Translations under genes and position numbers: made by a program
NCBI RefSeq assembly: GCF_009914755.1
Contig: NC_060928.1
DNA: 64,000 bases
Reading direction: 5' to 3' (one strand)
DNA from: the human T2T-CHM13v2.0 reference genome, Homo sapiens
The notes under the pieces: model-generated
Database searches by the model: none
Told to the model about the DNA's origin: nothing
The model's input: only the letters and a program-made list of their open reading frames with translations
Shown here: piece after piece, positions 12,929 to 26,656 of the stretch
How positions within the stretch are numbered: the stretch's first letter is position 1
How the letters are laid out: each line of letters begins with the position of its first letter

Positions 12929-15311
12929 ATATCTTCCCATAAAAACTAGACAGAAGCCGTCTCAGAAACTTGTTTGTGATGTGTGTATTCAACTAACAGA
13001 GTTGAACATTTCTGTTACAGAGCAATTTTAAAACACTCTTTTTGTGGAATCTGAAAGTGGATAATTGGATAGCTTTGTGGATTTCGTTGGAAACGGGATG
13101 ACGTATAAAATCTAGAGAGAAGCATTCTCAGGAACTTCTTTCTGATGTTTGCATTCAAGTCACAGAATTGAACATTCCCTTTCATAGAGCAGGTTTGAAA
13201 CACTCTTTCTCTAGTATCTGGAAGTGGGCATTTCAAGCGCTTTCAGGCCTATGGAGAGAAAGGAAATACCTTCAAATAAAAACTAGACAGAAGCATTCTC
13301 AGAAACTTATTTGTGATGTGTGTCCTCAACTAACAGAGTTGAACCTTTGTTTTGATACAGCATTTTGGAAACACTCCTTTTGTAGGATCTGCAGGTGGAT
13401 ATTTGGATAGATTTTAAGATTTCGTTGGAAACGGGAGTTTCTTCATAGAAACTCAAGACAGATGCATTCTCAGAAACATCTCTGTGATGTTTGCATTCCA
13501 CTCATAGATTTGAAAACTTCCTTTCATAGAGCAGGTTTGAAACACTCTTTTTGTAATATTTGGAAGTGGACATTTGCAGCGCTTTGAGGCCTATGGTGAA
13601 AAAGGAAATATCTTCTCATAAAAACCAGAAACAAGCATTCTCAGAAACTTCTTTTTGATGTGTGTACTCAAGTAACAGAGTTGAACCTTCCTTTTGACAC
13701 AGCAGTTTTGAAACAATCTTTTTGTAGAATCTGCAAGTGGATATTTGGATAGCTTTGAGGATTTCGTTGGAAACGGGATATCTTCATATAAAATCTAGAC
13801 AGAAGCATTCTCAGAAACTTCTTTGTGCTGTATGTCCTCAATTAACAGAGTTGAACCATTGCTTGGATACAGCATTTTGGAAACATTCCTTGAGTAGAAT
13901 CTGCAAGTTGATATTTAGATAGATTTGAAGATTTCGTTGGAAAAGGGAATATCTCCATAGAAAATCTAGAGGGAAGCATTCTCAGAAACTGCTTTGTGAT
14001 GTTTCCATTCAAGTCACAGAGTTGAATATTCCCTTTTATAGAGCACGTTTGAAACACTCTTTCTGCACTATCTGGAAGTGGACATTTCGAGCGCTTTGAG
14101 GCCTATGGTGAAAAAGGAAATATCTTCCCATAAAAACTAGACAGAAGCATTCTCAGAAACTTGTTTGTGATGTGTGTATTCAACTAACAGAGTTGAACTT
14201 TTGTTTTTACAGAGCCGTTTTAAAACACTCTTTTTGTGGAATCAGAAAGTGGATATTCGGATGGCTCTGAGGATTTCGTTGGAAGCGGGATTACATATAA
14301 AATCTAGAGAGAAGCATTCTCAGGAACTTCTTTGTGATGTTTGCATTGAAGTCACAGAATTGAACATTCACTTTGATAGAGCAGGTTTGAAACACTCATT
14401 CTGTAGTATCTGGAAGTGGACATTTCAAGCGCTTTCAGGCCTATGGTGAGAAAGGAAATATCTTCGAATAAAAACTAGACAGAAGCATCCTCAGAAACTT
14501 ATTTGTGATGTGTGTCCTCAACTAACAGAGTTGAAACTTTGTTTTGATACAGCATTTTGGAAACACTCTTTTTGTAGAATCTGCAGGTGGATATTTGGAT
14601 AGCTTAGAGGGATTCGTTGGAAACCGGAATATCTTCATATAAAATCAAGACAGAAGCATTCTCGGAAACATCTCTGTGATGTTTGCATTCAACTCAGTAG
14701 AGTTGAACACTTCCTTTCATAGAGCCGGTTTGAAACACTCTTTCTGCACTACCTGGAAGCGGACATTTCGAGCGCTTTGAGGCCTATGGTGAAAAAGGAA
14801 ATATCTTCTCATAAAAACCAGAAAGAAGCATTCTCAGAAACTTCTTTGTGTTGTGTGTACTCAAGTAACAGTGTTGAACCTTCCTTTTGACACAGCAGTT
14901 TTGAAACACTCTTTTGGTAGAATCTGCAAGTGGATATTTGGATAGCTTTGAGGATTTCGTTGGAAACGGGTTATCTTCATATAAAATCCAGACAGGAGCA
15001 TTCTCAGAAACTTCTTTGTGCTGCATGTCCTCAATTCACAGAGCTGAACCTTTGTTTGGATACAGCATTTTGGAAACATTCCTTTAGTAGAATCTGCAAG
15101 TTGATATTTAGATAGCTTTGAAGATTTCGTTGGAAACGGGAATATCTTCATAGAACATCTAGACGGAAGCATTCTCAGAAACTGCTTTGTGATGTTTGCA
15201 TTCAAGTCACAGAGTTGAATATTCCCTTTTATAGAGTAGGTTTGAAACACTCTTTTGGCACTACCTGGAAGTGGATATTTCGAGCTCTTTGAGGCCTATG
15301 GTTAAAAGGAA
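12929..15311 (+). repeat. 14-mer HOR structural variant (2383 bp; 849-bp deletion, hybrid m10/m15)
   Basis: Marker spacing 13015 to 15398 is 2383 bp. The junction AGCTTAGAGGGA-TTCGTTGGAAA-CCGGAATATC at 14601-14633 joins m10 to m15. Confidence 0.95.
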
Positions 15312-18300
15312 ATATCTTCCCATAAAAACTAGACAGAAGCCGTCTCAGAAACTTGTTTGTGATGTGTGTATTCAACTAACAGAGTTGAACATTTCTGTTA
15401 CAGAGCAATTTTAAAACACTCTTTTTGTGGAATCTGAAAGTGGATAATTGGATAGCTTTGTGGATTTCGTTGGAAACGGGATGACGTATAAAATCTAGAG
15501 AGAAGCATTCTCAGGAACTTCTTTCTGATGTTTGCATTCAAGTCACAGAATTGAACATTCCTTTTCATAGTGCAGGTTTGAAACACTCTTTCTGTAGTAT
15601 CTGGAAGTGGACATTTCAAGCGCTTTCAGGCCTACGGGGAGAAAGGAAATATCTTCAAATAAAAACTAGACAGAAGGATTCTCAGAAACTTATTTGTGAT
15701 GTGTGTCCTAAACGAACACAGTTGAACCTTTGTTTTGATACAGCATTTTGGAAACACTCCTTTTGTAGGATCTGCAGGTGGATATTTGGATAGATTTTAA
15801 GATTTCGTTGGAAACGGGAGTTTCTTCATAGAAACTCAAGACAGATGCATTCTCAGAAACATCTCTGTGATGTTTGCATTCCACTCATAGATTTGAAAAC
15901 TTCCTTTCATAGAGCAGGTTTGAAACACTCTTTTTGTAATATTTGGAAGTGGACATTTGCAGCGCTTTGAGGCCTATGGTGAAAAAGGAAATATCTTCTC
16001 ATAAAAACCAGAAACAAGCATTCTCAGAAACTTCTTTTTGATGTGTGTACTCAAGTAACAGAGTTGAACCTTCCTTTTGACACAGCAGTTTTGAAACAAT
16101 CTTTTTGTAGAATCTGCAAGTGGATATTTGGATAGCTTTGAGGATTTCGTTGGAAACGGGATATCTTCATATAAAATCTAGACAGAAGCATTCTCAGAAA
16201 CTTCTTTGTGCTGTATGTCCTCAATTAACAGAGTTGAACCATTGCTTGGATACAGCATTTTGGAAACATTCCTTGAGTAGAATCTGCAAGTTGATATTTA
16301 GATAGATTTGAAGATTTCGTTGGAAAAGGGAATATCTCCATAGAAAATCTAGAGGGAAGCATTCTCAGAAACTGCTTTGTGATGTTTCCATTCAAGTCAC
16401 AGAGTTGAATATTCCCTTTTATAGAGCACGTTTGAAACACTCTTTCTGCACTATCTGGAAGTGGACATTTCGAGCGCTTTGAGGCCTATGGTGAAAAAGG
16501 AAATATCTTCCCATAAAAACTAGACAGAAGCATTCTCAGAAACTTGTTTGTGATGTGTGTATTCAACTAACAGAGTTGAACTTTTGTTTTTACAGAGCCG
16601 TTTTAAAACACTCTTTTTGTGGAATCAGAAAGTGGATATTCGGATGGCTCTGAGGATTTCGTTGGAAGCGGGATTACATATAAAATCTAGAGAGAAGCAT
16701 TCTCAGGAACTTCTTTGTGATGTTTGCATTGAAGTCACAGAATTGAACATTCACTTTGATAGAGCAGGTTTGAAACACTCATTCTGTAGTATCTGGAAGT
16801 GGACATTTCAAGCGCTTTCAGGCCTATGGTGAGAAAGGAAATATCTTCGAATAAAAACTAGACAGAAGCATCCTCAGAAACTTATTTGTGATGTGTGTCC
16901 TCAACTAACAGAGTTGAAACTTTGTTTTGATACAGCATTTTGGAAACACTCTTTTTGTAGAATCTGCAGGTGGATATTTGGATAGCTTAGAGGGATTCGT
17001 TGGAAAGGGGATATCTTCATATAAAATCTAGACAGAAGCATTCTCAGAAACTTATTTGTGATGTGTGTCCTCAACTAACAGAGTTGAACCTTGGTTTTGA
17101 TACAGCATTTTGGAAACACTCCTTTTGTAGAATCTGCAGGTGGATATGTGGATAGCTCTGAAGATTTCGTTGGAAACGGGAATTTCTTCATATAAAATCA
17201 AACAGAAGCATTCTCAGAAACTTCTCAGTGATGTTTGCATTCAGCTCATGGAGTTGAACACTTCCTTTCATAGAGCCGGATTGAAACACTCTTTCTGCAC
17301 TACCTGGAAGAGGACATTTCGAGCGCTTTGAGTCCTATGGTGAAAAAGGAAATATCTTCTCATAAAAACCAGAAAGAAGCATTCTCAGAAACTTCTTTGT
17401 GTTGTGTGTACTCATGTAACAGTGTTGAACCATCCTTTTGACAGAGCAGTTTTGAAACACTCTTTTTGTAGAATCTGCAAGTGGATATTTGGATAGCTTT
17501 GAGGATTTCGTTGGAAACGGGATGACATATAATCTCTAGAGAGAAGCATACTCAGGAACTTCTTTGTGATGTTTGCATTCAAGTCACAGAATTGAACATT
17601 CCCTTTCATAGAGCAGGTTTGAAACACTCTTTCTCTAGTATCTGGAAGTGGGCATTTCAAGCGCTTTCAGGCCTATGGAGAGAAAGGAAATACCTTCAAA
17701 TAAAAACTAGACAGAAGCATTCTCAGAAACTTATTTGTGATGTGTGTCCTCAACTAACAGAGTTGAACCTTTGTTTTGATACAGCATTTTGGAAACACTC
17801 CTTTTGTAGAATCTGCAGGTGGATATTTGGATAACTTTGAAGATTTCGTTGGAAACCGGAATATCTTCATATAAAATCAAGACAGAAGCATTCTCGGAAA
17901 CATCTCTGTGATGTTTGCATTCAACTCAGTAGAGTTGAACACTTCCTTTCATAGAGCAGGTTTGAAACACTCTTTCTGCACTACCTGGAAGCGGACATTT
18001 CGAGCGCTTTGAGGCCTATGGTGAAAAAGGAAATATCTTCTCATAAAAACCAGAAAGAAGCATTCTCAGAAACTTCTTTGTGTTGTGTGTACTCAAGTAA
18101 CAGTGTTGAACCTTCCTTTTGACACAGCAGTTTTGAAACACTCTTTTGGTAGAATCTGCAAGTGGATATTTGGATAGCTTTGAGGATTTCGTTGGAAACG
18201 GGTTATCTTCATATAAAATCCAGACAGGAGCATTCTCAGAAACTTCTTTGTGCTGCATGTCCTCAATTCACAGAGCTGAACCTTTGTTTGGATACAGCAT

Positions 18301-21300
18301 TTTGGAAACATTCCTTTAGTAGAATCTGCAAGTTGATATTTAGATAGCTTTGAAGATTTCGTTGGAAACGGGAATATCTTCATAGAAAATCTAGACGGAA
18401 GCATTCTCAGAAACTGCTTTGTGATGTTTGCATTCAAGTCACAGAGTTGAATATTCCCTTTTATAGAGTAGGTTTGAAACACTCTTTCGGCACTACCTGG
18501 AAGTGGATATTTCGAGCTCTTTGAGGCCTATGGTTAAAAGGAAATATCTTCCCATAAAAACTAGACAGAAGCCGTCTCAGAAACTTGTTTGTGATGTGTG
18601 TATTCAACTAACAGAGTTGAACATTTCTGTTACAGAGCAATTTTAAAACACTCTTTTTGTGGAATCTGAAAGTGGATAATTGGATAGCTTTGTGGATTTC
18701 GTTGGAAACGGGATGACGTATAAAATCTAGAGAGAAGCATTCTCAGGAACTTCTTTCTGATGTTTGCATTCAAGTCACAGAATTGAACATTCCTTTTCAT
18801 AGTGCAGGTTTGAAACACTCTTTCTGTAGTATCTGGAAGTGGACATTTCAAGCGCTTTCAGGCCTACGGGGAGAAAGGAAATATCTTCAAATAAAAACTA
18901 GACAGAAGGATTCTCAGAAACTTATTTGTGATGTGTGTCCTAAACGAACACAGTTGAACCTTTGTTTTGATACAGCATTTTGGAAACACTCCTTTTGTAG
19001 GATCTGCAGGTGGATATTTGGATAGATTTTAAGATTTCGTTGGAAACGGGAGTTTCTTCATAGAAACTCAAGACAGATGCATTCTCAGAAACATCTCTGT
19101 GATGTTTGCATTCCACTCATAGATTTGAAAACTTCCTTTCATAGAGCAGGTTTGAAACACTCTTTTTGTAATATTTGGAAGTGGACATTTGCAGCGCTTT
19201 GAGGCCTATGGTGAAAAAGGAAATATCTTCTCATAAAAACCAGAAACAAGCATTCTCAGAAACTTCTTTTTGATGTGTGTACTCAAGTAACAGAGTTGAA
19301 CCTTCCTTTTGACACAGCAGTTTTGAAACAATCTTTTTGTAGAATCTGCAAGTGGATATTTGGATAGCTTTGAGGATTTCGTTGGAAACGGGATATCTTC
19401 ATATAAAATCTAGACAGAAGCATTCTCAGAAACTTCTTTGTGCTGTATGTCCTCAATTAACAGAGTTGAACCATTGCTTGGATACAGCATTTTGGAAACA
19501 TTCCTTGAGTAGAATCTGCAAGTTGATATTTAGATAGATTTGAAGATTTCGTTGGAAAAGGGAATATCTCCATAGAAAATCTAGAGGGAAGCATTCTCAG
19601 AAACTGCTTTGTGATGTTTCCATTCAAGTCACAGAGTTGAATATTCCCTTTTATAGAGCACGTTTGAAACACTCTTTCTGCACTATCTGGAAGTGGACAT
19701 TTCGAGCGCTTTGAGGCCTATGGTGAAAAAGGAAATATCTTCCCATAAAAACTAGACAGAAGCATTCTCAGAAACTTGTTTGTGATGTGTGTATTCAACT
19801 AACAGAGTTGAACTTTTGTTTTTACAGAGCCGTTTTAAAACACTCTTTTTGTGGAATCAGAAAGTGGATATTCGGATGGCTCTGAGGATTTCGTTGGAAG
19901 CGGGATTACATATAAAATCTAGAGAGAAGCATTCTCAGGAACTTCTTTGTGATGTTTGCATTGAAGTCACAGAATTGAACATTCACTTTGATAGAGCAGG
20001 TTTGAAACACTCATTCTGTAGTATCTGGAAGTGGACATTTCAAGCGCTTTCAGGCCTATGGTGAGAAAGGAAATATCTTCGAATAAAAACTAGACAGAAG
20101 CATCCTCAGAAACTTATTTGTGATGTGTGTCCTCAACTAACAGAGTTGAAACTTTGTTTTGATACAGCATTTTGGAAACACTCTTTTTGTAGAATCTGCA
20201 GGTGGATATTTGGATAGCTTAGAGGGATTCGTTGGAAAGGGGATATCTTCATATAAAATCTAGACAGAAGCATTCTCAGAAACTTATTTGTGATGTGTGT
20301 CCTCAACTAACAGAGTTGAACCTTGGTTTTGATACAGCATTTTGGAAACACTCCTTTTGTAGAATCTGCAGGTGGATATGTGGATAGCTCTGAAGATTTC
20401 GTTGGAAACGGGAATTTCTTCATATAAAATCAAACAGAAGCATTCTCAGAAACTTCTCAGTGATGTTTGCATTCAGCTCATGGAGTTGAACACTTCCTTT
20501 CATAGAGCAGGTTTGAAACACTCTTTCTGCACTACCTGGAAGAGGACATTTCGAGCGCTTTGAGTCCTATGGTGAAAAAGGAAATATCTTCTCATAAAAA
20601 CCAGAAAGAAGCATTCTCAGAAACTTCTTTGTGTTGTGTGTACTCATGTAACAGTGTTGAACCATCCTTTTGACAGAGCAGTTTTGAAACACTCTTTTTG
20701 TAGAATCTGCAAGTGGATATTTGGATAGCTTTGAGGATTTCGTTGGAAACGGGATGACATATAATATCTAGAGAGAAGCATACTCAGGAACTTCTTTGTG
20801 ATGTTTGCATTCAAGTCACAGAATTGAACATTCCCTTTCATAGAGCAGGTTTGAAACACTCTTTCTCTAGTATCTGGAAGTGGGCATTTCAAGCGCTTTC
20901 AGGCCTATGGAGAGAAAGGAAATACCTTCAAATAAAAACTAGACAGAAGCATTCTCAGAAACTTATTTGTGATGTGTGTCCTCAACTAACAGAGTTGAAC
21001 CTTTGTTTTGATACAGCATTTTGGAAACACTCCTTTTGTAGAATCTGCAGGTGGATATTTGGATAACTTTGAAGATTTCGTTGGAAACCGGAATATCTTC
21101 ATATAAAATCAAGACAGAAGCATTCTCGGAAACATCTCTGTGATGTTTGCATTCAACTCAGTAGAGTTGAACACTTCCTTTCATAGAGCAGGTTTGAAAC
21201 ACTCTTTCTGCACTACCTGGAAGCGGACATTTCGAGCGCTTTGAGGCCTATGGTGAAAAAGGAAATATCTTCTCATAAAAACCAGAAAGAAGCATTCTCA

Positions 21301-21775
21301 GAAACTTCTTTGTGTTGTGTGTACTCAAGTAACAGTGTTGAACCTTCCTTTTGACACAGCAGTTTTGAAACACTCTTTTGGTAGAATCTGCAAGTGGATA
21401 TTTGGATAGCTTTGAGGATTTCGTTGGAAACGGGTTATCTTCATATAAAATCCAGACAGGAGCATTCTCAGAAACTTCTTTGTGCTGCATGTCCTCAATT
21501 CACAGAGCTGAACCTTTGTTTGGATACAGCATTTTGGAAACATTCCTTTAGTAGAATCTGCAAGTTGATATTTAGATAGCTTTGAAGATTTCGTTGGAAA
21601 CGGGAATATCTTCATAGAACATCTAGACGGAAGCATTCTCAGAAACTGCTTTGTGATGTTTGCATTCAAGTCACAGAGTTGAATATTCCCTTTTATAGAG
21701 TAGGTTTGAAACACTCTTTTGGCACTACCTGGAAGTGGATATTTCGAGCTCTTTGAGGCCTATGGTTAAAAGGAA
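15312..21775 (+). repeat. Two canonical 19-mer HOR copies (starts 15312, 18544)
   Basis: 3232-bp marker spacing (15398, 18630, 21862). Confidence 0.95.
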
Positions 21776-24158
21776 ATATCTTCCCATAAAAACTAGACAG
21801 AAGCCGTCTCAGAAACTTGTTTGTGATGTGTGTATTCAACTAACAGAGTTGAACATTTCTGTTACAGAGCAATTTTAAAACACTCTTTTTGTGGAATCTG
21901 AAAGTGGATAATTGGATAGCTTTGTGGATTTCGTTGGAAACGGGATGACGTATAAAATCTAGAGAGAAGCATTCTCAGGAACTTCTTTCTGATGTTTGCA
22001 TTCAAGTCACAGAATTGAACATTCCCTTTCATAGAGCAGGTTTGAAACACTCTTTCTCTAGTATCTGGAAGTGGGCATTTCAAGCGCTTTCAGGCCTATG
22101 GAGAGAAAGGAAATACCTTCAAATAAAAACTAGACAGAAGCATTCTCAGAAACTTATTTGTGATGTGTGTCCTCAACTAACAGAGTTGAACCTTTGTTTT
22201 GATACAGCATTTTGGAAACACTCCTTTTGTAGGATCTGCAGGTGGATATTTGGATAGATTTTAAGATTTCGTTGGAAACGGGAGTTTCTTCATAGAAACT
22301 CAAGACAGATGCATTCTCAGAAACATCTCTGTGATGTTTGCATTCCACTCATAGATTTGAAAACTTCCTTTCATAGAGCAGGTTTGAAACACTCTTTTTG
22401 TAATATTTGGAAGTGGACATTTGCAGCGCTTTGAGGCCTATGGTGAAAAAGGAAATATCTTCTCATAAAAACCAGAAACAAGCATTCTCAGAAACTTCTT
22501 TTTGATGTGTGTACTCAAGTAACAGAGTTGAACCTTCCTTTTGACACAGCAGTTTTGAAACAATCTTTTTGTAGAATCTGCAAGTGGATATTTGGATAGC
22601 TTTGAGGATTTCGTTGGAAACGGGATATCTTCATATAAAATCTAGACAGAAGCATTCTCAGAAACTTCTTTGTGCTGTATGTCCTCAATTAACAGAGTTG
22701 AACCATTGCTTGGATACAGCATTTTGGAAACATTCCTTGAGTAGAATCTGCAAGTTGATATTTAGATAGATTTGAAGATTTCGTTGGAAAAGGGAATATC
22801 TCCATAGAAAATCTAGAGGGAAGCATTCTCAGAAACTGCTTTGTGATGTTTCCATTCAAGTCACAGAGTTGAATATTCCCTTTTATAGAGCACGTTTGAA
22901 ACACTCTTTCTGCACTATCTGGAAGTGGACATTTCGAGCGCTTTGAGGCCTATGGTGAAAAAGGAAATATCTTCCCATAAAAACTAGACAGAAGCATTCT
23001 CAGAAACTTGTTTGTGATGTGTGTATTCAACTAACAGAGTTGAACTTTTGTTTTTACAGAGCCGTTTTAAAACACTCTTTTTGTGGAATCAGAAAGTGGA
23101 TATTCGGATGGCTCTGAGGATTTCGTTGGAAGCGGGATTACATATAAAATCTAGAGAGAAGCATTCTCAGGAACTTCTTTGTGATGTTTGCATTGAAGTC
23201 ACAGAATTGAACATTCACTTTGATAGAGCAGGTTTGAAACACTCATTCTGTAGTATCTGGAAGTGGACATTTCAAGCGCTTTCAGGCCTATGGTGAGAAA
23301 GGAAATATCTTCGAATAAAAACTAGACAGAAGCATCCTCAGAAACTTATTTGTGATGTGTGTCCTCAACTAACAGAGTTGAAACTTTGTTTTGATACAGC
23401 ATTTTGGAAACACTCTTTTTGTAGAATCTGCAGGTGGATATTTGGATAGCTTAGAGGGATTCGTTGGAAACCGGAATATCTTCATATAAAATCAAGACAG
23501 AAGCATTCTCGGAAACATCTCTGTGATGTTTGCATTCAACTCAGTAGAGTTGAACACTTCCTTTCATAGAGCCGGTTTGAAACACTCTTTCTGCACTACC
23601 TGGAAGCGGACATTTCGAGCGCTTTGAGGCCTATGGTGAAAAAGGAAATATCTTCTCATAAAAACCAGAAAGAAGCATTCTCAGAAACTTCTTTGTGTTG
23701 TGTGTACTCAAGTAACAGTGTTGAACCTTCCTTTTGACACAGCAGTTTTGAAACACTCTTTTGGTAGAATCTGCAAGTGGATATTTGGATAGCTTTGAGG
23801 ATTTCGTTGGAAACGGGTTATCTTCATATAAAATCCAGACAGGAGCATTCTCAGAAACTTCTTTGTGCTGCATGTCCTCAATTCACAGAGCTGAACCTTT
23901 GTTTGGATACAGCATTTTGGAAACATTCCTTTAGTAGAATCTGCAAGTTGATATTTAGATAGCTTTGAAGATTTCGTTGGAAACGGGAATATCTTCATAG
24001 AACATCTAGACGGAAGCATTCTCAGAAACTGCTTTGTGATGTTTGCATTCAAGTCACAGAGTTGAATATTCCCTTTTATAGAGTAGGTTTGAAACACTCT
24101 TTTGGCACTACCTGGAAGTGGATATTTCGAGCTCTTTGAGGCCTATGGTTAAAAGGAA
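21776..24158 (+). repeat. Second 14-mer HOR structural variant (2383 bp)
   Basis: Marker spacing 21862 to 24245, with the same m10/m15 junction at 23460-23470. Confidence 0.95.
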
Positions 24159-26656
24159 ATATCTTCCCATAAAAACTAGACAGAAGCCGTCTCAGAAACT
24201 TGTTTGTGATGTGTGTATTCAACTAACAGAGTTGAACATTTCTGTTACAGAGCAATTTTAAAACACTCTTTTTGTGGAATCTGAAAGTGGATAATTGGAT
24301 AGCTTTGTGGATTTCGTTGGAAACGGGATGACGTATAAAATCTAGAGAGAAGCATTCTCAGGAACTTCTTTGTGATGTTTGCATTCAAGTCACAGAATTG
24401 AACATTCCCTTTCATAGAGCAGGTTTGAAACACTCTTTCTCTAGTATCTGGAAGTGGGCATTTCAAGCGCTTTCAGGCCTATGGAGAGAAAGGAAATACC
24501 TTCAAATAAAAACTAGACAGAAGCATTCTCAGAAACTTATTTGTGATGTGTGTCCTCAACTAACAGAGTTGAACCTTTGTTTTGATACAGCATTTTGGAA
24601 ACACTCCTTTTGTAGGATCTGCAGGTGGATATTTGGATAGATTTTAAGATTTCGTTGGAAACGGGAGTTTCTTCATAGAAACTCAAGACAGATGCATTCT
24701 CAGAAACATCTCTGTGATGTTTGCATTCCACTCATAGAGTTGAAAACTTCCTTTCATAGAGCAGGTTTGAAACACTCTTTTTGTAATATTTGGAAGTGGA
24801 CATTTGCAGCGCTTTGAGGCCTATGGTGAAAAAGGAAATATCTTCTCATAAAAACCAGAAACAAGCATTCTCAGAAACTTCTTTTTGATGTGTGTACTCA
24901 AGTAACAGAGTTGAACCTTCCTTTTGACACAGCAGTTTTGAAACAATCTTTTTGTAGAATCTGCAAGTGGATATTTGGATAGCTTTGAGGATTTCGTTGG
25001 AAACGGGATATCTTCATATAAAATCTAGACAGAAGCATTCTCAGAAACTTCTTTGTGCTGTATGTCCTCAATTAACAGAGTTGAACCATTGCTTGGATAC
25101 AGCATTTTGGAAACATTCCTTGAGTAGAATCTGCAAGTTGATATTTAGATAGATTTGAAGATTTCGTTGGAAAAGGGAATATCTCCATAGAAAATCTAGA
25201 GGGAAGCATTCTCAGAAACTGCTTTGTGATGTTTCCATTCAAGTCACAGAGTTGAATATTCCCTTTTATAGAGCACGTTTGAAACACTCTTTCTGCACTA
25301 TCTGGAAGTGGACATTTCGAGCGCTTTGAGGCCTATGGTGAAAAAGGAAATATCTTCCCATAAAAACTAGACAGAAGCATTCTCAGAAACTTGTTTGTGA
25401 TGTGTGTATTCAACTAACAGAGTTGAACTTTTGTTTTTACAGAGCCGTTTTAAAACACTCTTTTTGTGGAATCAGAAAGTGGATATTCGGATGGCTCTGA
25501 GGATTTCGTTGGAAGCGGGATTACATATAAAATCTAGAGAGAAGCATTCTCAGGAACTTCTTTGTGATGTTTGCATTGAAGTCACAGAATTGAACATTCA
25601 CTTTGATAGAGCAGGTTTGAAACACTCATTCTGTAGTATCTGGAAGTGGACATTTCAAGCGCTTTCAGGCCTATGGTGAGAAAGGAAATATCTTCGAATA
25701 AAAACTAGACAGAAGCATCCTCAGAAACTTATTTGTGATGTGTGTCCTCAACTAACAGAGTTGAAACTTTGTTTTGATACAGCATTTTGGAAACACTCTT
25801 TTTGTAGAATCTGCAGGTGGATATTTGGATAGCTTAGAGGGATTCGTTGGAAAGGGGATATCTTCATATAAAATCTAGACAGAAGCATTCTCAGAAACTT
25901 ATTTGTGATGTGTGTCCTCAACTAACAGAGTTGAACCTTGGTTTTGATACAGCATTTTGGAAACACTCCTTTTGTAGAATCTGCAGGTGGATATGTGGAT
26001 AGCTCTGAAGATTTCGTTGGAAACGGGAATTTCTTCATATAAAATCAAACAGAAGCATTCTCAGAAACTTCTCAGTGATGTTTGCATTCAGCTCATGGAG
26101 TTGAACACTTCCTTTCATAGAGCCGGATTGAAACACTCTTTCTGCACTACCTGGAAGAGGACATTTCGAGCGCTTTGAGTCCTATGGTGAAAAAGGAAAT
26201 ATCTTCTCATAAAAACCAGAAAGAAGCATTCTCAGAAACTTCTTTGTGTTGTGTGTACTCATGTAACAGTGTTGAACCATCCTTTTGACAGAGCAGTTTT
26301 GAAACACTCTTTTTGTAGAATCTGCAAGTGGATATTTGGATAGCTTTGAGGATTTCGTTGGAAACGGGATGACATATAATCTCTAGAGAGAAGCATACTC
26401 AGGAACTTCTTTGTGATGTTTGCATTCAAGTCACAGAATTGAACATTCCCTTTCATAGAGCAGGTTTGAAACACTCTTTCTCTAGTATCTGGAAGTGGGC
26501 ATTTCAAGCGCTTTCAGGCCTATGGAGAGAAAGGAAATACCTTCAAATAAAAACTAGACAGAAGCATTCTCAGAAACTTATTTGTGATGTGTGTCCTCAA
26601 CTAACAGAGTTGAACCTTTGTTTTGATACAGCATTTTGGAAACACTCCTTTTGTAG
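24159..26656 (+). repeat. Truncated HOR m1-m15 ending in an m15/m3 junction (12-mer period of 2041 bp; 1191 bp / 7 monomers skipped)
   Basis: The m5/m6 marker ORF recurs at 24967 and 27008 (2041 bp apart). m15 sequence switches to m3-specific TAGGATCTGCAGG...AGATTTTAAG at 26657. Confidence 0.92.
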
